From: Eledone cirrhosa
Lineage: Eukaryota
Direction of reading: 5' to 3'
DNA: 64,000 nucleotides
Assembly (NCBI GenBank): GCA_964016885.1
Contig: OZ024746.1
Coordinates: 42,160,001-42,224,000 of the forward strand
The notes below the pieces were generated by a model. It was not told the origin of the DNA. It did no database searches and worked only from the letters and a program-made list of their open reading frames with translations. The position numbers were made by a program, and so were the translations under genes. Of this stretch, positions 50,649 through 64,000 are shown one piece after another (the stretch's first letter is position 1; every line of letters starts with the position of its first letter).

Positions 50649-52120
50649 AGAAATACTAGAAATAGACCAAAGAAAACTTAGTTAACAGTAATGGGGTTAT
50701 ACCAAAGAATGTGGAGCTTTAGAGATGATGTAATACAAAATTTGAATCCTTAGATCTGTCAATCCTTTTGAAACATGGATACATAGAGAAACATTGGGAA
50801 TTTCTACAAGATAATCTGTTGAAAGTTTATGGATGCCCCAAGACTCCAGTGAGACTGAAAGTGTCATGGTAGAAGAATGACATGCTAAGTAGCGCCATAA
50901 AATAAAGGAGGTAAAAGTTTTGAAAAAAAAAAGAAATAAACAAAGAGGAATACCAAATAGCTTGAAGAGATATTAAATGTCAGGTGTACTTAGAGAGAAA
51001 AGGGACAAAAAAAAGAAGCTTTGCCCATGTCCTACTACATGAGGATCAGATGTGTAAAGTGTTTCAAACTTTGTGACAGTGTGTCAAAGAAAATTGAGAC
51101 ATTCTTGTGGGAAAATGTGTTTGAAAAGATAATGAGAATAGTGTAGTCAGGATAACCTTTATTCAATATATTCTTTTTAATGAGGTAGGCTGCTATTTCT
51201 AGTTGGTTGAATGACCATATACAAGTAACCTCATTGTTTTTGTTTTAGGGTATACGAGTTTTAACATTCAAAGTTGATGTAATTATTTTTAGTATTGAAT
51301 GTTTTCTTTCCTTTATAAGATGGTGGGAATGTGATTTGAAGGAAGCTTGGTTCCTACTTTTAGCAGATTGAATAACTACATAGAGGTTTCCTTGTTTGCT
51401 TCCGTTATTTACATTAGTGTGCATATTTGAAACTAACAAAAAGGAGTGACAATAGGTAACAAATACCTTTAAAATATGTAATTAAAACTCTGCTGAACAT
51501 TACAAAGATTAAGTTTATATATAGCTCCAAGCTTAAAATGATAAGAAAGTCATTTGATTACTGCTATTTTATTAGATTATTTAACTAAGACTTATTTCTA
51601 CAATTTTCTCTTTTTTTCTATCCGTACCAATCCAGCATGGTTGATTAACAGAATTGTTAGTGTATTGAATGAGGTAACTTATAGTATTTTTTCTGTCTCT
51701 CTGTGTTCAAATCTTGTTGACTTATTTCTGTGGTAGACTTAATATGTTACTCTGTTTAAAACCACCACCTAAATCATCAGTGACTTTAGCAGAGTCTACT
51801 CCAGTTTGAAGATATCTTCCCCTCAGTAAAACCCCTAATACCAATTTCAGGTGTCCTGAAAAAGGATCATAGGTACGACCCTTCCTATCTAATTAAATAG
51901 TAAAAAGGAATATGAATAAAACAATCAAAGATAGACCTCTTTGCTGTTCAATAATTGATCACAGACGTTTGTTTCTTAACTTCATACATACTGTAATGAT
52001 GTAGCAGAAAATATCTAAAAACAGGTTTGTTAATTCAAGTGTCAATAATATATTTATTAGTTGACAAATCATTATGACAATTTGCACTAAACTAATATAA
52101 AACTTTAATATTTAATATGA

Positions 52121-52477
52121 TGGAGGCATATGGCTTAGTGGTTAGAGCATTGGGCTTGCAATCGAAAGATTGTGAGTTCAATTCTCAGACCGGGTGATGT
52201 GTTGTTTCCTTGAGCAAGACACTTTATTTCACATTGCTCCAGTTTACTCAGCTATAGAAATGAGATGATAGGGGCTGGGGTCCCTATCATTCCACTGCAA
52301 AGTGGTCGTGGAGGTGCCACGGCAAAAAAAGCACCCAGCACTCACTGTAAATGAGGTTGGTGTTAGGAAGGGCATCCAGCTGTAGAAATCAAGCCAGAAT
52401 CAGTTCCCGTCCCACCCTTGCAAGCAGGGAAAAGCGGACGTAAAATGAAATGATGATGAAATGATGATGAAATGATG
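52121..52477 (+). mobile_element. Chimeric tRNA/RTE SINE, second full copy
   Basis: Near-identical to 5681-6026. Confidence 0.9.
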
Positions 52478-53479
52478 CAATCACAGTTGTAATTTTCAAG
52501 AATGTCTTGCTAATATAGTTTCATGTGGTACAGGAGTTAACAGCAAGTAATAGGAGAAACAAGAATACATGAAACAGGAATAGGGACAATTTTTAATTTG
52601 TGGTGAAATTTCTGAAGAATATTTGGTCTGTGCAATTTCATTACTGAAATTGTATTTCGAAGATGAAATCAGTCAAATCTCCTCTAGAAAAGGGAATAAC
52701 ATATTTGCCAAGCTCTGAGAAATTAAACTATCACTGACAGTTTGTCATCAATTGGAATATATTTGATTTGTATGTTTATTTTTATCTCAAATATTGAAGT
52801 TTTAAACTGCAGAGATCAGAAGCTTTGGGGGAAATATTTGATGAATATATGCATGTCTTGTAATGAAATAGCATTACAAATTCAGTGCTTTGAAGTGTGA
52901 AATACATGTCTGGAAAATAAAACAAGTAATCTTATTAGCATCCTCAAAGAAAAAATGATTATTTTGCCACTCCTGTTGATAGCCATAATTTTCTTTTGCA
53001 TACTCCTTCTTCCACTTGCAATTGTCTTTGATCTTTATATAAGGTATAAAAATAAATATCTGATAATTTACTAAACTACAATAAGAGACATGATTTCATT
53101 TTTCTATATTAATTCAAACCAGAAAATAGAATAGAATGAACAGAGAGAATATATTATTTGATCAACACAGATAAGAAAGTCTGGTTTGAAATACCGAGCA
53201 AAATGATACCATATTGATTTATACTGGCAATCAGAGATAAAAATAAAAATGTTAGTACAGCCCAGTTGCAGAGGTTTTATACTCCAGAGCAGCTTCAATA
53301 TCAGGTATTTGATGAAATGTATTTTTCTTTCTCTCCTCTGTTTAATATTCATAAGTGATGGGAATTTGAAATATAAAAATTCAACATAGTCCATCATAGC
53401 ATAGAATTTTTACTTTATCCTAAATTTCATATTCTTTGAGGTATATTTGATAGGTAGAATTCATTATTTTTATCAAACG

Positions 53480-53665
53480 GTGGATTGGCAGTATCAGTAG
53501 AGAGTCGGATGCCATGCTTTCCAGCATAGTTACGTCCCTTTACGATCTGAGTTCAAATCCCGCCGAGGTTGACTTTGCCTTTCATCCTTACGGGGTCGAT
53601 AAAATAAAGTACCAGTAATGTATTGGGTAATTGCTGGCCTTGTGCCTAAAGTAGAAACAATTATT
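53480..53665 (+). mobile_element. Meta-type SINE with 19-bp TSD
   Basis: ATTATTTTTATCAAACGGT at 53463-53481 and 53660-53678. Core GTTGACTTTGCCTTTCATCCTTACGGGGTCGATAAAATAAAGTACCAG. Confidence 0.92.
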
Positions 53666-54269
53666 TTTATCAAACGGTTCTCCAAGGTTAGTTGATATTG
53701 ATAGAATATCAAATAATTTTTAAAAGATATATAGAAATTCAAACATGGTTTTAATATATATTTTGAATATAATTTGAAAACTGGAAGAAATATTTTCAGT
53801 TGCTATCTTTGATCAATTATTGTTGGTATTATAATTCTAAAAGATCCTGTGGAACACATCATTGCTAACTTAGTGTCTGGTTTTCGACATAGTTGTGAAA
53901 AGTTGTTCTATAGTGTATAAGGAAAGAAACTGTTGTATGATGAGTGTTTCACACGCATCATCATTGAAAAAATAGAGAAAAACTTAGTGTGCATGTATAC
54001 ATGTACATACATTACTATTATATATATATATATGTATATGTATGTGTGTCTGTGTGTGTGTGTGTATATGATTAGTGTTCAGCTTGCATATGCAGTTCAC
54101 ATTCATATACTGAGTTTAGCTGGTCATAATATTGGCATGGTTTTTCTAGTTGCATTCCCTTCCTATCACTAACCTATTTAGATTGAGTTTATTTTATCGT
54201 GTCACCAATAAAAGGAAAATGAAACTATTCCCAGTAGACTCAACAGCAGGACTACCTACCAAAATAGAT

Positions 54270-54790
54270 TAATATAGGTTCAAAGAAGTGATCAAGGAGA
54301 TAAAAAATGGAAATGCTGCTGAACCATCAGGGATAGATGCTGAGATGGTGAAACCATTTGGTGAAGTTGAAGTCAAACGAGTCACTCACATAGTTAATCA
54401 TACATGATGGTTTCATACCTAATGACTGTTACTTATTACAAGTTAAATGATATCATACCTAATGACTGTTACTTATTACAAGGAAAATGGTGTCATACCT
54501 AAAGACTGGCATAATAATATAATTGTTATTTATTACAAGGTAAATCGTGATGCTCTTGAAAAGAGTAACTATAGACATGAAACTGGTAGATCAAGATACG
54601 AAAGTGACAGAAAGAGTGTTAGACAATTAACTAGGCAATGAGTCAAATTAGATGATATGCAGTTTGGCTTTGTGTCAAGCCAAAACACCACAGCTGCTCT
54701 TCTCATAGTGAGAAAACTTCAAGAGAAGTTCCTGGCTAAGTGTAGGCTGCTATACTTGGCTTTCATTAAATTGGAGAAGGCTTTAGACAT
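54270..54790 (+). mobile_element. Old RTE RT fragment with a local tandem duplication
   Basis: IPKDWHNNIIVIYYK..., MQFGFV...IVRKLQEKFLAK...LEKALD. Confidence 0.75.
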
Positions 54791-55845
54791 GCCAAATCCA
54801 CAACATCTTTCTAAGCTAGACATCAAAGATTTCTTTACAAGTATAGTGTTTCTGACCTCTTTCTGTTTATTATTTATGGTCTGTCTCATATCATGAGCAT
54901 TTCATGGTATCTCATCATAAATACTTGTAGTTATTTCCTCCTTTTCACATATCATCCTAGCCTCAGATCTATATAGTAGGACTGACACATGATTGATGTT
55001 CTATAGTCAGTCACTCTCTCTCAGTTTTACAAATGGTTAGCTGTGCTTGCTTATTCTGCCATCATTACTGATTGTATCGCCTTGATAAGTAAATGTTGTT
55101 CTACCAGCTTCTGCTCTTCGATAATGATGGGCTGAGATTGTACTACTTGGCTTCAGCCATTCTAACTGCACTTGTAAAAAGCATCTACTTTACTCACCAT
55201 GTACTATTCACTATATGAGACAAGGGCAGCTTAAATTTGAGAAGCAAGCATATTCAGCAGGTTATCACCAGGTCTCATTTTTATATATACATCTACAGTT
55301 GAGCATTTCTGTCAAATAAAGTGAGAATAATGTTGGCACTAGAATATATTCCTCATTGATTTCCTCTGTAAAATCAAAGTTTTCAGAGCTGGAGTTCATC
55401 TGCATGACCTGATCACTCATGCTAATGTTTAGGGGCTGCATCTTGTAAGTGAATTTCTCTAGACTTTCAAACATTCTGATTGTCTGACATAGTTCCTATC
55501 ATTTTATTCTGTTGAGTGCCTTTGCAAATCAATGAAAACTGTATATAATACGTTTTTTTCTGGATCTATCAGAGACAAAATATCATATTCATGATATAAC
55601 TTTCTCATTTGAATGAACATTAAAATTTACATAGAACTGCTGGAATTTGTAAGGATCTTCCCAATCAATGCAGGTAGAAAAATCCTTCAATAATTCTCAG
55701 ATTCATTCTTGTCAACCCTTTTGATTACAGGGACAATGCCAGCATTGATTGTTTTGTAGAAATAATTTAAGCAACAACAAAGAAAAATGGATAGATAAAT
55801 AAAAGATTAGGTGAACATAATTAATAATTTGCTTTGTAATTTATA

Positions 55846-56035
55846 ATTGTTTCTACTTTTTGGCACAAGGCCAGCAATTACCCAGTGCATTAGTGGTATT
55901 TTATTTTATCGACCCCGTAAGGATGAAAGGCAAAGTTAACCTCGGCGGGATTTGAATTCAGAATGGCAAGGGCCGTAACTCTATGCATCAAAGCATGGCG
56001 TCCGACCCTCTACCAATACTGCCAATCCACCGCCA
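55846..56035 (-). mobile_element. Meta-type SINE with 14-bp TSD
   Basis: TTGTAATTTATAAT at 55834-55847 and 56036-56049. Confidence 0.92.
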
Positions 56036-56112
56036 TTGTAATTTATAATGAAGTTTAATTAGGGAAATTGAATGTTTGTATAAATTCAGAAGAGGAGACA
56101 TTATTTAATGAA

Positions 56113-56210
56113 GGTTGACTTTGCCTTTCATCCTTACGGGGTCGATAAAATAAAGTACCAGTAATGCACTGGGTAATTGCTGGCCTTGTGCCTAAAGTAG
56201 AAACAATTAT
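56113..56210 (+). mobile_element. 5'-truncated Meta-type SINE with 13-bp TSD
   Basis: ATTATTTAATGAA at 56100-56112 and 56206-56218. Confidence 0.9.
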
Positions 56211-57032
56211 TTAATGAATTATAGAAATAGTTTTATGTGTGGATTCTTTGGAAATCTGCAGCTTAAAAAGAAATGACAATTGTTATTCTTAGAAAGGTTT
56301 TATTTGTACATGCAGTTCTATCAACTGCTTTCAATCAGTTTTTATCTCTGACAATGCTACAAACATTCTTGGTCACTGCCCTTTATTTCTAGATTGTTCC
56401 CATTGTTACTTTCTTAACTTAAGAACAATCATGCTGATTGGAAAGTGTCCTACATATCATAGGCATTTTCCTCTACAAAAGAATATAGGTTATGTAAGAG
56501 GCCTTTTAGCATAAGTATTTTTCCAAATGTTTTTTCTCTGAAAATCCATTGGTTGATTGGCTTTTTATTACAATCTGTCTGTTGCTGAGAGTTCTTATTG
56601 AATCTGATGTAGAAGTAGCTCTTGGTTTCAAAAAATATATTTGTTCTCTTGCAATATAAAAAAAAGACTCTTTATTGGAGAATAACAAAGCAATAAGCCA
56701 TGAAAAAGAGTGGTAACCTAAATAATAGTACTGGTATTTGGCTATGTAAAAATAGCATTGATAAAAATATATTTTCTGAAGATGGTATTAGATAAAAGAA
56801 TCATAATTAGCAAAATTTTGAATTAAATGAAACTAATTTTAACTAGTCACTAAGTTATGAAGGTAATGGTGGGTAAAGGTAAACTTTGTTTATTGAAGAA
56901 AATTATTGTTTGAGTGTAATTTGTACAGGGTCTCTCACCAAAGATTATTATTTACATAATAGGCAAGGTATACTGAAATTTACTCACAACTTTCACTAAG
57001 TGGCTGAGAGACATTTCTTATATTTAAGAATA

Positions 57033-57215
57033 ATTGTTTCTACCTTTGGCACAAGGCCAGCAATTATCCAGTACATTACTGGTACTTTATTTTATCGACC
57101 CCGCAAGGATGAAAGGCAAAGTCAACCTCGGCGGGATTTGAACTCAGATCGAAAAGGGACGTAACTATGCTGGAAAGCATGGCGTCCGACCCTCTACCGA
57201 TACTGCCAATCCACC
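57033..57215 (-). mobile_element. Meta-type SINE with 16-bp TSD
   Basis: TATATTTAAGAATAAT at 57019-57034 and 57216-57231. Confidence 0.92.
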
Positions 57216-58549
57216 TATATTTAAGAATAATACTACTCTGTTGTAAATTGTATAAATGAAAAATGTTTTCACTCAGTATAGCAAGATAACAATACATAGC
57301 CTCAGCTCATATGATAATTAGATACACTGAACTATTATGTGTTCAGTGTATTTGTCAGGGATACAACACCAGTTGTGATACAAATTACCAACTCTTTAAT
57401 TAACAATGATTTCAACTTGACCTTCTTAATGAAACATCTTTTTTTTATTTGGTTCTGGCATGTCTGAGAAAAGTTAGATTCAATTATGGGCAGAACACTT
57501 ACTATTAATGAAGCAGAATATAATATATTTATAAATATATTTGTTTCAGAATATGAGACTTACTGTAAATTATCTTGCATAATATTTCCCTGTTAAAATA
57601 TGTAATTAAGAAGAATAATTTAAGTGTTGCTGTGTCTGTTTTATTTCCCAACATCTTACATCCATCTAAAAATGTTTTTTATAATGTACATCATCTCTGA
57701 AACTGTACTGAAAATTGTTTCTTTTTATTTACTCTGTTTTGAGAAACTAAATTTGGTTAGTTCTGTACAATTCTTTTTGCTTATTTGATCTTTCACATTT
57801 CAATTTTTTTTTTTCAACTTTTCTGAAGTGAGGCATGTGTAATGTTTATACCAAATAAATTATGCCCTCAAAATGTCTTTCAGAGTTTAAGTGAATGCAG
57901 AAGAGAAAACAATTTTTTTTTTTATTTGATTATCTGCTGTTTGTTTATATTCATTGTTTTTTTTATATATAATTCTGTTTGTGAGGTTTTAATGGAATGC
58001 AGATGTGTGTAGAGATAATTTCAAGCATGAAAATAGATTTTCAGCGTATTTTGAATTCTTTAAAAGCTCTGATGTGAACATTTCAAAATATTTCTATTTT
58101 AATGAGATCAGATGAGAATTGTTTTAAAATACATTCATGAGATTGTTCAAATTTTCGGTGATTTCTCTTAAACTGAAAGTTGTATTTTTTAATTTACTTT
58201 TTACTTCTTTGAGTTGAATTCTTTGACAGTTTTTTTCTCAAATATTTTGTAACTAGACCTAAAAACCTACAGTAGCAGTGCTTTTTTATTTGTCAGGAGC
58301 TGATATAATGTTCTCACTACCTAACATAAATATACATTTACTGCCATACAAGATTTTGACAACTGAAATCAGAATTGTTCAGTCTGTTAGCTTTTCTCTT
58401 AAGAATTAATAAAATATTGTTGATAGTTTATAGTCGTCTGCATTAAAAATGTTTACTTCTTAGGATAATAACAGTATTGAAGCAGAAAAAGTAATGCTAT
58501 TCTCTGAGATGTTAATACTTAATTTTTGTATATCATAAATGATAAGCCT

Positions 58550-58905
58550 TCATCATCAACATCATCATTGTTGTTTAACATCCGCTTTCCCTCCTAGCAA
58601 TATTTGATCAAGTCTACATAGACCGAGTCAGTACAGAAGTGGAGCAACAGACCTCCCAACCAGCTGGGGGAGGAGGGTCTGCATTTCACTTACAGTCTTA
58701 TATTCTATCAAGTACACAGGGGAGATTGTCATGTCTTTGACACACCTGAAGAGTCCTCCCATCCCTCTGTTTCGCAGGCTTTCTATAACTAGATGCCCTT
58801 TCTATCACTAACCACTTTACAGTATGTACTTGATGCGCTTATCGTGTAGATCACCAACACTATGGAAGCTGTCATGTCCTTGATGCGACTGAAGGGTCCT
58901 CCTTC
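58550..58905 (-). mobile_element. RTE subfamily C-related 3' UTR fragment
   Basis: Shares TTATCGTGTAGATCACCAACA...GCTGTCATGTCCTTGA with 48920-48960. Confidence 0.75.
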
Positions 58906-59149
58906 ATAAGTGCAGCGGGAGAAACTTCTTTAGTAATTAATGTGCTATATCAGCATGTTATGTGTACTGAAGCTCTGCAAAAATCTCACAGATATGGTCA
59001 CTCTTATACTGATTATGTCATGAAATGAAACGAAAATTTCAACTAACAAAGATAGAACTATTCTATGAACTAGAAGTATCATCATCTACTGCTACAAAGA
59101 CAAATGAGAAGTTCTAGAAAGGAGCAACTACAAAGGTATCAATTTGATG

Positions 59150-59695
59150 GAAGAGGTTATCAGAGTTAATGAAAGACTTGCAGTACAATTGATTAGGAAG
59201 ATAATTAGACTCGATAAGATGTAGTTTGGCTTTATGTCAAGAAGAGGTACTACTGTTGCTTTCTTCTTAGTGAGACAATTTCAGAAATACAAAAGCTAGC
59301 AAAAAGTCACTACAACTAGATTTGTTGACCTGGAAATGGCATTCAACATGATTCCTTGCACTTTAGTTTTGTAGTCACTAGTGCAATAAAGGGTGGATGC
59401 ATGGTTTCAAGGGTCATGTAAACCATGTCCAGAGGGGCAGTAAGCAATAGGTAATTTTTGAATGAGTTCAGTAAGGAATTTAGCATGCAGGAAAGGTCTG
59501 GCAGTGCTCAGACTTCCACTCCTGCTCCTGTACTCCAAGCCATATACAGGAATTTAAAATTGGTTATCCATGGGAACTCCTATATGCTGATGAACTAGTT
59601 CTTATAGTTGACTCTATAAAAAAATTTTGAGTAGAAATTCCTGACATAGGAAAAAACCTAAATTGAAAGGCATCAAAGAAAACCTAGCAAAGATT
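59150..59695 (+). mobile_element. Old degraded RTE RT fragment
   Basis: FGFMSRRGTT, FVDLEMAF and GYPWELLYADEL. Confidence 0.75.
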
Positions 59696-60787
59696 AATAT
59701 ATATATATAGGTAACAGATATTTCAGTTTTCTGGATTTGGACTCAAACATATAGCCTTTCAATCATTAACTAAGAATTGCAGGTTCATTAATCTCTACAG
59801 ATCTTGCCTTTAAATTTGCATTGACAAATCTATCCTGCCTGATCTTGATCATCATATATTTATGTTAAATATATTGTCAAAGAGTTTAATACTTGAAGAG
59901 GTTAAATATTTTGAAACTTGAATATTTGATAGTCTATGTATTATTTCACTATACTCAGCACTTCTTTAACCTTAAGTCTACTTTAAGATACATTACCTAG
60001 AGAGAAAACTGGACTATTATCAGGGTTTCAGTATACTCACAAAAATTGTGTCAAATTTATCACTAGTTTTACACTAAAACTATCCAAATTGTATCATTTG
60101 TTTGAAGCCTCTGAGCAAAATATATTTTAAATATTGATAAAATGGTACATAAATAGTCACACATTCAGTGTCATTTTTAATAAACTTGATATCTTCATTA
60201 CTGATTTTCTTTGCAAGATCTAATAGCTGTTAAACCTGGCTTCAATTGTAGCATTCAAATAAAATCAACTCTCATTTAATTTTCTGTTTAAATTTCAAAA
60301 CCAAATTGCTCTCAGATTACTCTTACTACTGAGATAAACTTCAGTAGTTATTTGATGACTACACACTACACTACTTCAGTTTAATATCAAGACTTCCAAA
60401 TTGTTTTGACAGATCTATTCTGGTCATACATGGCACTATCCCAAATGAATGTAGTGTAGGATATAAGGTATGTTAGTCTTGATCAGATAATTGTATTGGT
60501 AAAATTTTATGTGACAGAAAATGTGGAATTTTAATTAAACATTCAACATCCTTAATAGCACTAAATAGACAATTCTTACAACAATCATATAAAATCATAA
60601 CAGTAATTGTGTACCATCATCATCATCATCAACATCACCATCAATGTTACATTGACTTTTCCATTCTATCATAGGCTGGAGGGGACTTTTTGAAGCAAAG
60701 CTTTACATGTGGATACCCTTCCTAATGTCAGCCCATTTAGTCACAAGTAGAGATATGGTATACCTATTCTAAATTGGAGACACACAT

Positions 60788-60844
<57 letters not shown>

Positions 60845-60846
<2 letters not shown>

Positions 60847-61140
60847 TATGTATGTATGAGTGTGGAAAGATGTGCTTGGGCAAATCTAGTCTCAGGAGTC
60901 ACAGTCATAGCCATGTTCAGAGAGAACCAGTTTACTATGATCTCCACAGAGTTGAAAAATGTAATGAATATGGCAAAGAATGTTGATTGGTAGCATGACT
61001 GAAGTGGCATGTGAAGGTTCACAGGCAACCTGAAGCAAGACACGAGGCCAGGAAGATCCATAGTTGTCGTCAATGTGTGAAGGAGTGCAAGTCTCTAGCA
61101 GGCTTGAAAAGCCATATCCGAACATCACACGTGAATCTGA
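60845..61140 (+). pseudogene. Decayed array of three C2H2-like zinc fingers, probably a LINE C-terminus
   Basis: One frame: ECGKMCLGKSSLRSHSHSH / KCNEYGKEC*LVA*LKWHVKVH / SCRQCVKECKSLAGLKSHIRTSH. Confidence 0.65.
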
Positions 61141-61420
61141 CAAGTGAATGCAATACTCTCTCTATATATATATATATATTGGTATAGGCTTGTCAGTGTT
61201 AGGGTTAAAGAGTTTAGTTTGCAAATATATGATTTCTGGTTCAGTCTCACTAAATGGCACCTTGGATAAGTATCGTCCACTATAGCCTTGGTTTGACCAA
61301 AGCCTAGTGAGTGAAAGTGGGTAGATGGAAACTGAAGATGGCCATCATATATATATATATATATATCAAACCCATGCAAGCGTGGAACACGGACGTTAAA
61401 CGGTGATGATGATGATGATA

Positions 61421-62399
61421 TTCTTATAGCAGAATCAGTAGAAGAGCTAGAGAAGTAATTCTGGCTATGGAAACAGCAGTTGGAATCAAAAGGACTGAGA
61501 GTGAACATAGCTAGGAAAAAAGTGTTGTTAAGTAGAAAAGAGGACAAAAGTCTGATTCATCAAGGAAATGGCCATGTTCGATATGTAGAAAAGGAACTGG
61601 CATAAATTCTATAAAATGTACACAATGCAGATGTTGGGTGCACAAGAGATGTAGTGGGATAGCAGGCAAACTAACAGGTAGGGAAAACTACATATACAGT
61701 AGATGTACAGGGAAAGTTTGCAGTAGTAATCGCAGTGATAGACGCATCTTTCAAATGCAGATGGGTGCTATAGAAGTGGTTGATAGCTTCCGGTACCTAG
61801 GTGATCAGATTAGCATGGGAGTGGGGTGTTCCGAGGCCATAGTATCTAGAATAAGGACGGGTTGGGAGAAGTTTAGGGAGCTGCTTCCTCTGTTGACAAA
61901 GAAGGGTTTCTCCCTGCGTACGAAAGGATGGTTATATGATGCCTGTGTGAGATGCGCGATGCTGCATGGTAGTGAGACATGGGCAGTAACTACAGAAGAT
62001 ATGCGATGGCTGGAGAGAAATGAAGCAAGCATGCTCCGCTGGATGTGCAATGTCAATGTACATGAACGACCAAGCATAGATGAGTTGAGAGAGAAACTGT
62101 GTATACAAGAGATAAGTTGTGGTGTGTGGGAGAGAAGATTGAGATTGTATGGACATGTGATGCTCATGGAGGATGACCGCTGGGTAAAGAAGTGCCAAGA
62201 AATCCCAGTAGAAGGAAGATGCAGTAGAGGAAGACCACAAAAAACATGGGCGGAGGTGGTGAGAACAGACCTCAGATCGCTGAAGCTCACGGAGGAGATG
62301 ACGAAGGACCATGACAAGTGGAGAGATGCTGTGCTGAATAGGACCCGTCCAACCCTTGCAAGCAGGGAAAAGCGGACGTAAAATGATGATGATGATGAT
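61421..62399 (+). mobile_element. RTE LINE subfamily D, 5'-truncated, PHD insert, essentially no 3' UTR
   Basis: WPCSICRKGTGINSIKCTQCRCWVHKRC, YLGD and HGSETW. The ORF stops at 62381, directly before (GAT)n. Confidence 0.92.
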
Positions 62400-62699
62400 A
62401 TATATATTTATATGTGTATATATATGTATGTATACATATATATACATAACGTGGCTTGACATACTGTACTGTGCATGACAAAAATGTTGATCAAATCCCA
62501 TATTGCACCAAACTGTGCAAGACAAGTTGTTTATGTTTATAATTAAATTAAAGGAAGTTATGAACTCTCTATTGAAAGCGATAAAACTGTTTTCACTTCC
62601 TCTATGATATAGAATCACTTACCACAATTTCCATTCACTCCCTGTGTAGCAACTTCTATCACTTTTTCTCAAAGATATTTCTTTTGCTTTGAACTTTTG

Positions 62700-63960
62700 T
62701 ACTGAAATATGGTCATTGTATGGAAAACAATATTTTTGATAATCTAAATGCTGCTTGGGTATTGGAGAAGAATATTGGATTTGGTATAGACTATCAAAGT
62801 GATGTTTCCATTTCTTCTGTACATACCAGTGAGTTTTTTTTATTTTGAATCAGACGAATTTTCCAAGTGATATAGATGAATGTTTACCTATAGAATAACC
62901 AGACACTGTTGTCATGATCTAGAAGCTTTCACAATATTCCTGGGCCTAGAATAGCTATGAATTTTGATGCAAAGCCCATTGATAATGTTTTTTCAACCTT
63001 TTTCACTACATTTATTTGATATAATCATCCAACAGACTAACTTGTATGTGAAACAGAAAGGAGCAACCAGCTTTGTTCCTATGTTTATTCATGAAATTCA
63101 TGCTTACTTAGCCATACTGTTTCAAATGGGATTAGTTCAGCTTCTAAAGTACAGGTGATACTTGAGCAAGAAACTGGAGCTGAAGCAATCAGAAGTAGTT
63201 GAAATAAAGTCCAGGAATCTGTAACAGTATTTCCACCTGAACGACTGTACACAGAATCCACCATATACCAGTTCATATCATGATAAACACCATAAAGTGA
63301 ACCCAATTTTAGATAATAATAGAATACAATTTACTTTTCACTATGAACCTCACAAACATCTTAGTGTAGATGAGGCTATGATAAAATATATATATAGGTG
63401 TTCCTTTCAAAGCCAACATAGCATACAGCAACAAGAATAGGGAGCACAAGGCCAGACATACATCAAACCCATTGTCATTCAAGAATGAACTAAGAACTAT
63501 AATGGAGCAGATAACAATGATTATCTGTGATACTATTACAGGATCACAAAAAGCAAAAAAATGATGGAAGTACATCTTTTTTCCTTGCAGCAATTGTCAT
63601 CAATGTTAATATTTTGTATTGAAAGGCCCCATAAGGGCCATCTCCAAAACCCATCTCACACTTGGACTTTCATCTGGAAATGACAGATCAACAGTTACAC
63701 GTCCAGTAATAGGAAATCAACAGTTGACGTGACTCCTCATTTGATCAAGATGCCAGCACAACATAAACTGTTACAAATGCAGACCAAAAGAATATGCCAA
63801 AACTGTGTTATGTGTACTAAGGGGCCTGATAGAACCTTAACTAGCAACAAAATCTAAATCACCTGGGAGTGCAACAACTGCCAAGTTGTATTGTGCATGG
63901 AAAAGGGATGTTTTGCAACTAATTTTTATATATTTACTGTTTTATTTTTGTAATTTAGCT
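62700..63960 (+). mobile_element. piggyBac transposase remnant, frameshifted and internally deleted
   Basis: FDIIIQQTNLY...EIHAYLAILFQMG, PHKHLSVDEAMI (first catalytic Asp region) and the C-terminal CVMC...WECNNCQVVLC...CF. No TIRs were found. Confidence 0.75.
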
Positions 63961-64000
63961 GAAGACGTATATTATGATGATCATGGGCAAAATATGAATT

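Noticed and set aside
57322-57351. 11-bp perfect inverted repeat ATACACTGAAC/GTTCAGTGTAT
   Set aside because: Too short and without context to interpret.

Overview
AT-rich eukaryotic DNA, non-genic or intronic, dominated by transposon remnants and microsatellites. The SINE and LINE content suggests a coleoid cephalopod such as Octopus, which is an inference. No intact host gene is recognisable, and most ORFs in the track come from microsatellites or are antisense to LINEs. Contents: (1) about 17 5'-truncated copies of at least four RTE-clade LINE subfamilies with (GAT)n tails. Their reverse transcriptase carries a C4-H-C3 PHD-type zinc finger inserted between RT motifs 6 and 7, and most copies sit in or against (TA)n runs. 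(2) Penelope-like element (PLE) remnants: a Naiad-type GIY-YIG endonuclease fragment, at least four hammerhead-ribozyme motifs and several fold-back (inverted-repeat) ends, mostly next to (TA)n. (3) At least three tRNA-derived SINE families. One has long ATTATT-starting TSDs and another is a chimera of two LINE 3' ends. (4) Older CR1, Expander-like and BovB-like LINE pieces, some with C2H2 fingers, plus a piggyBac remnant, a Helitron 3' end and MITEs. (5) An isolated near-perfect hairpin of about 85 nt and three candidate + strand exons that splice into one frame with a single TGA. All calls were made by eye; no database search or RNA folding was run.
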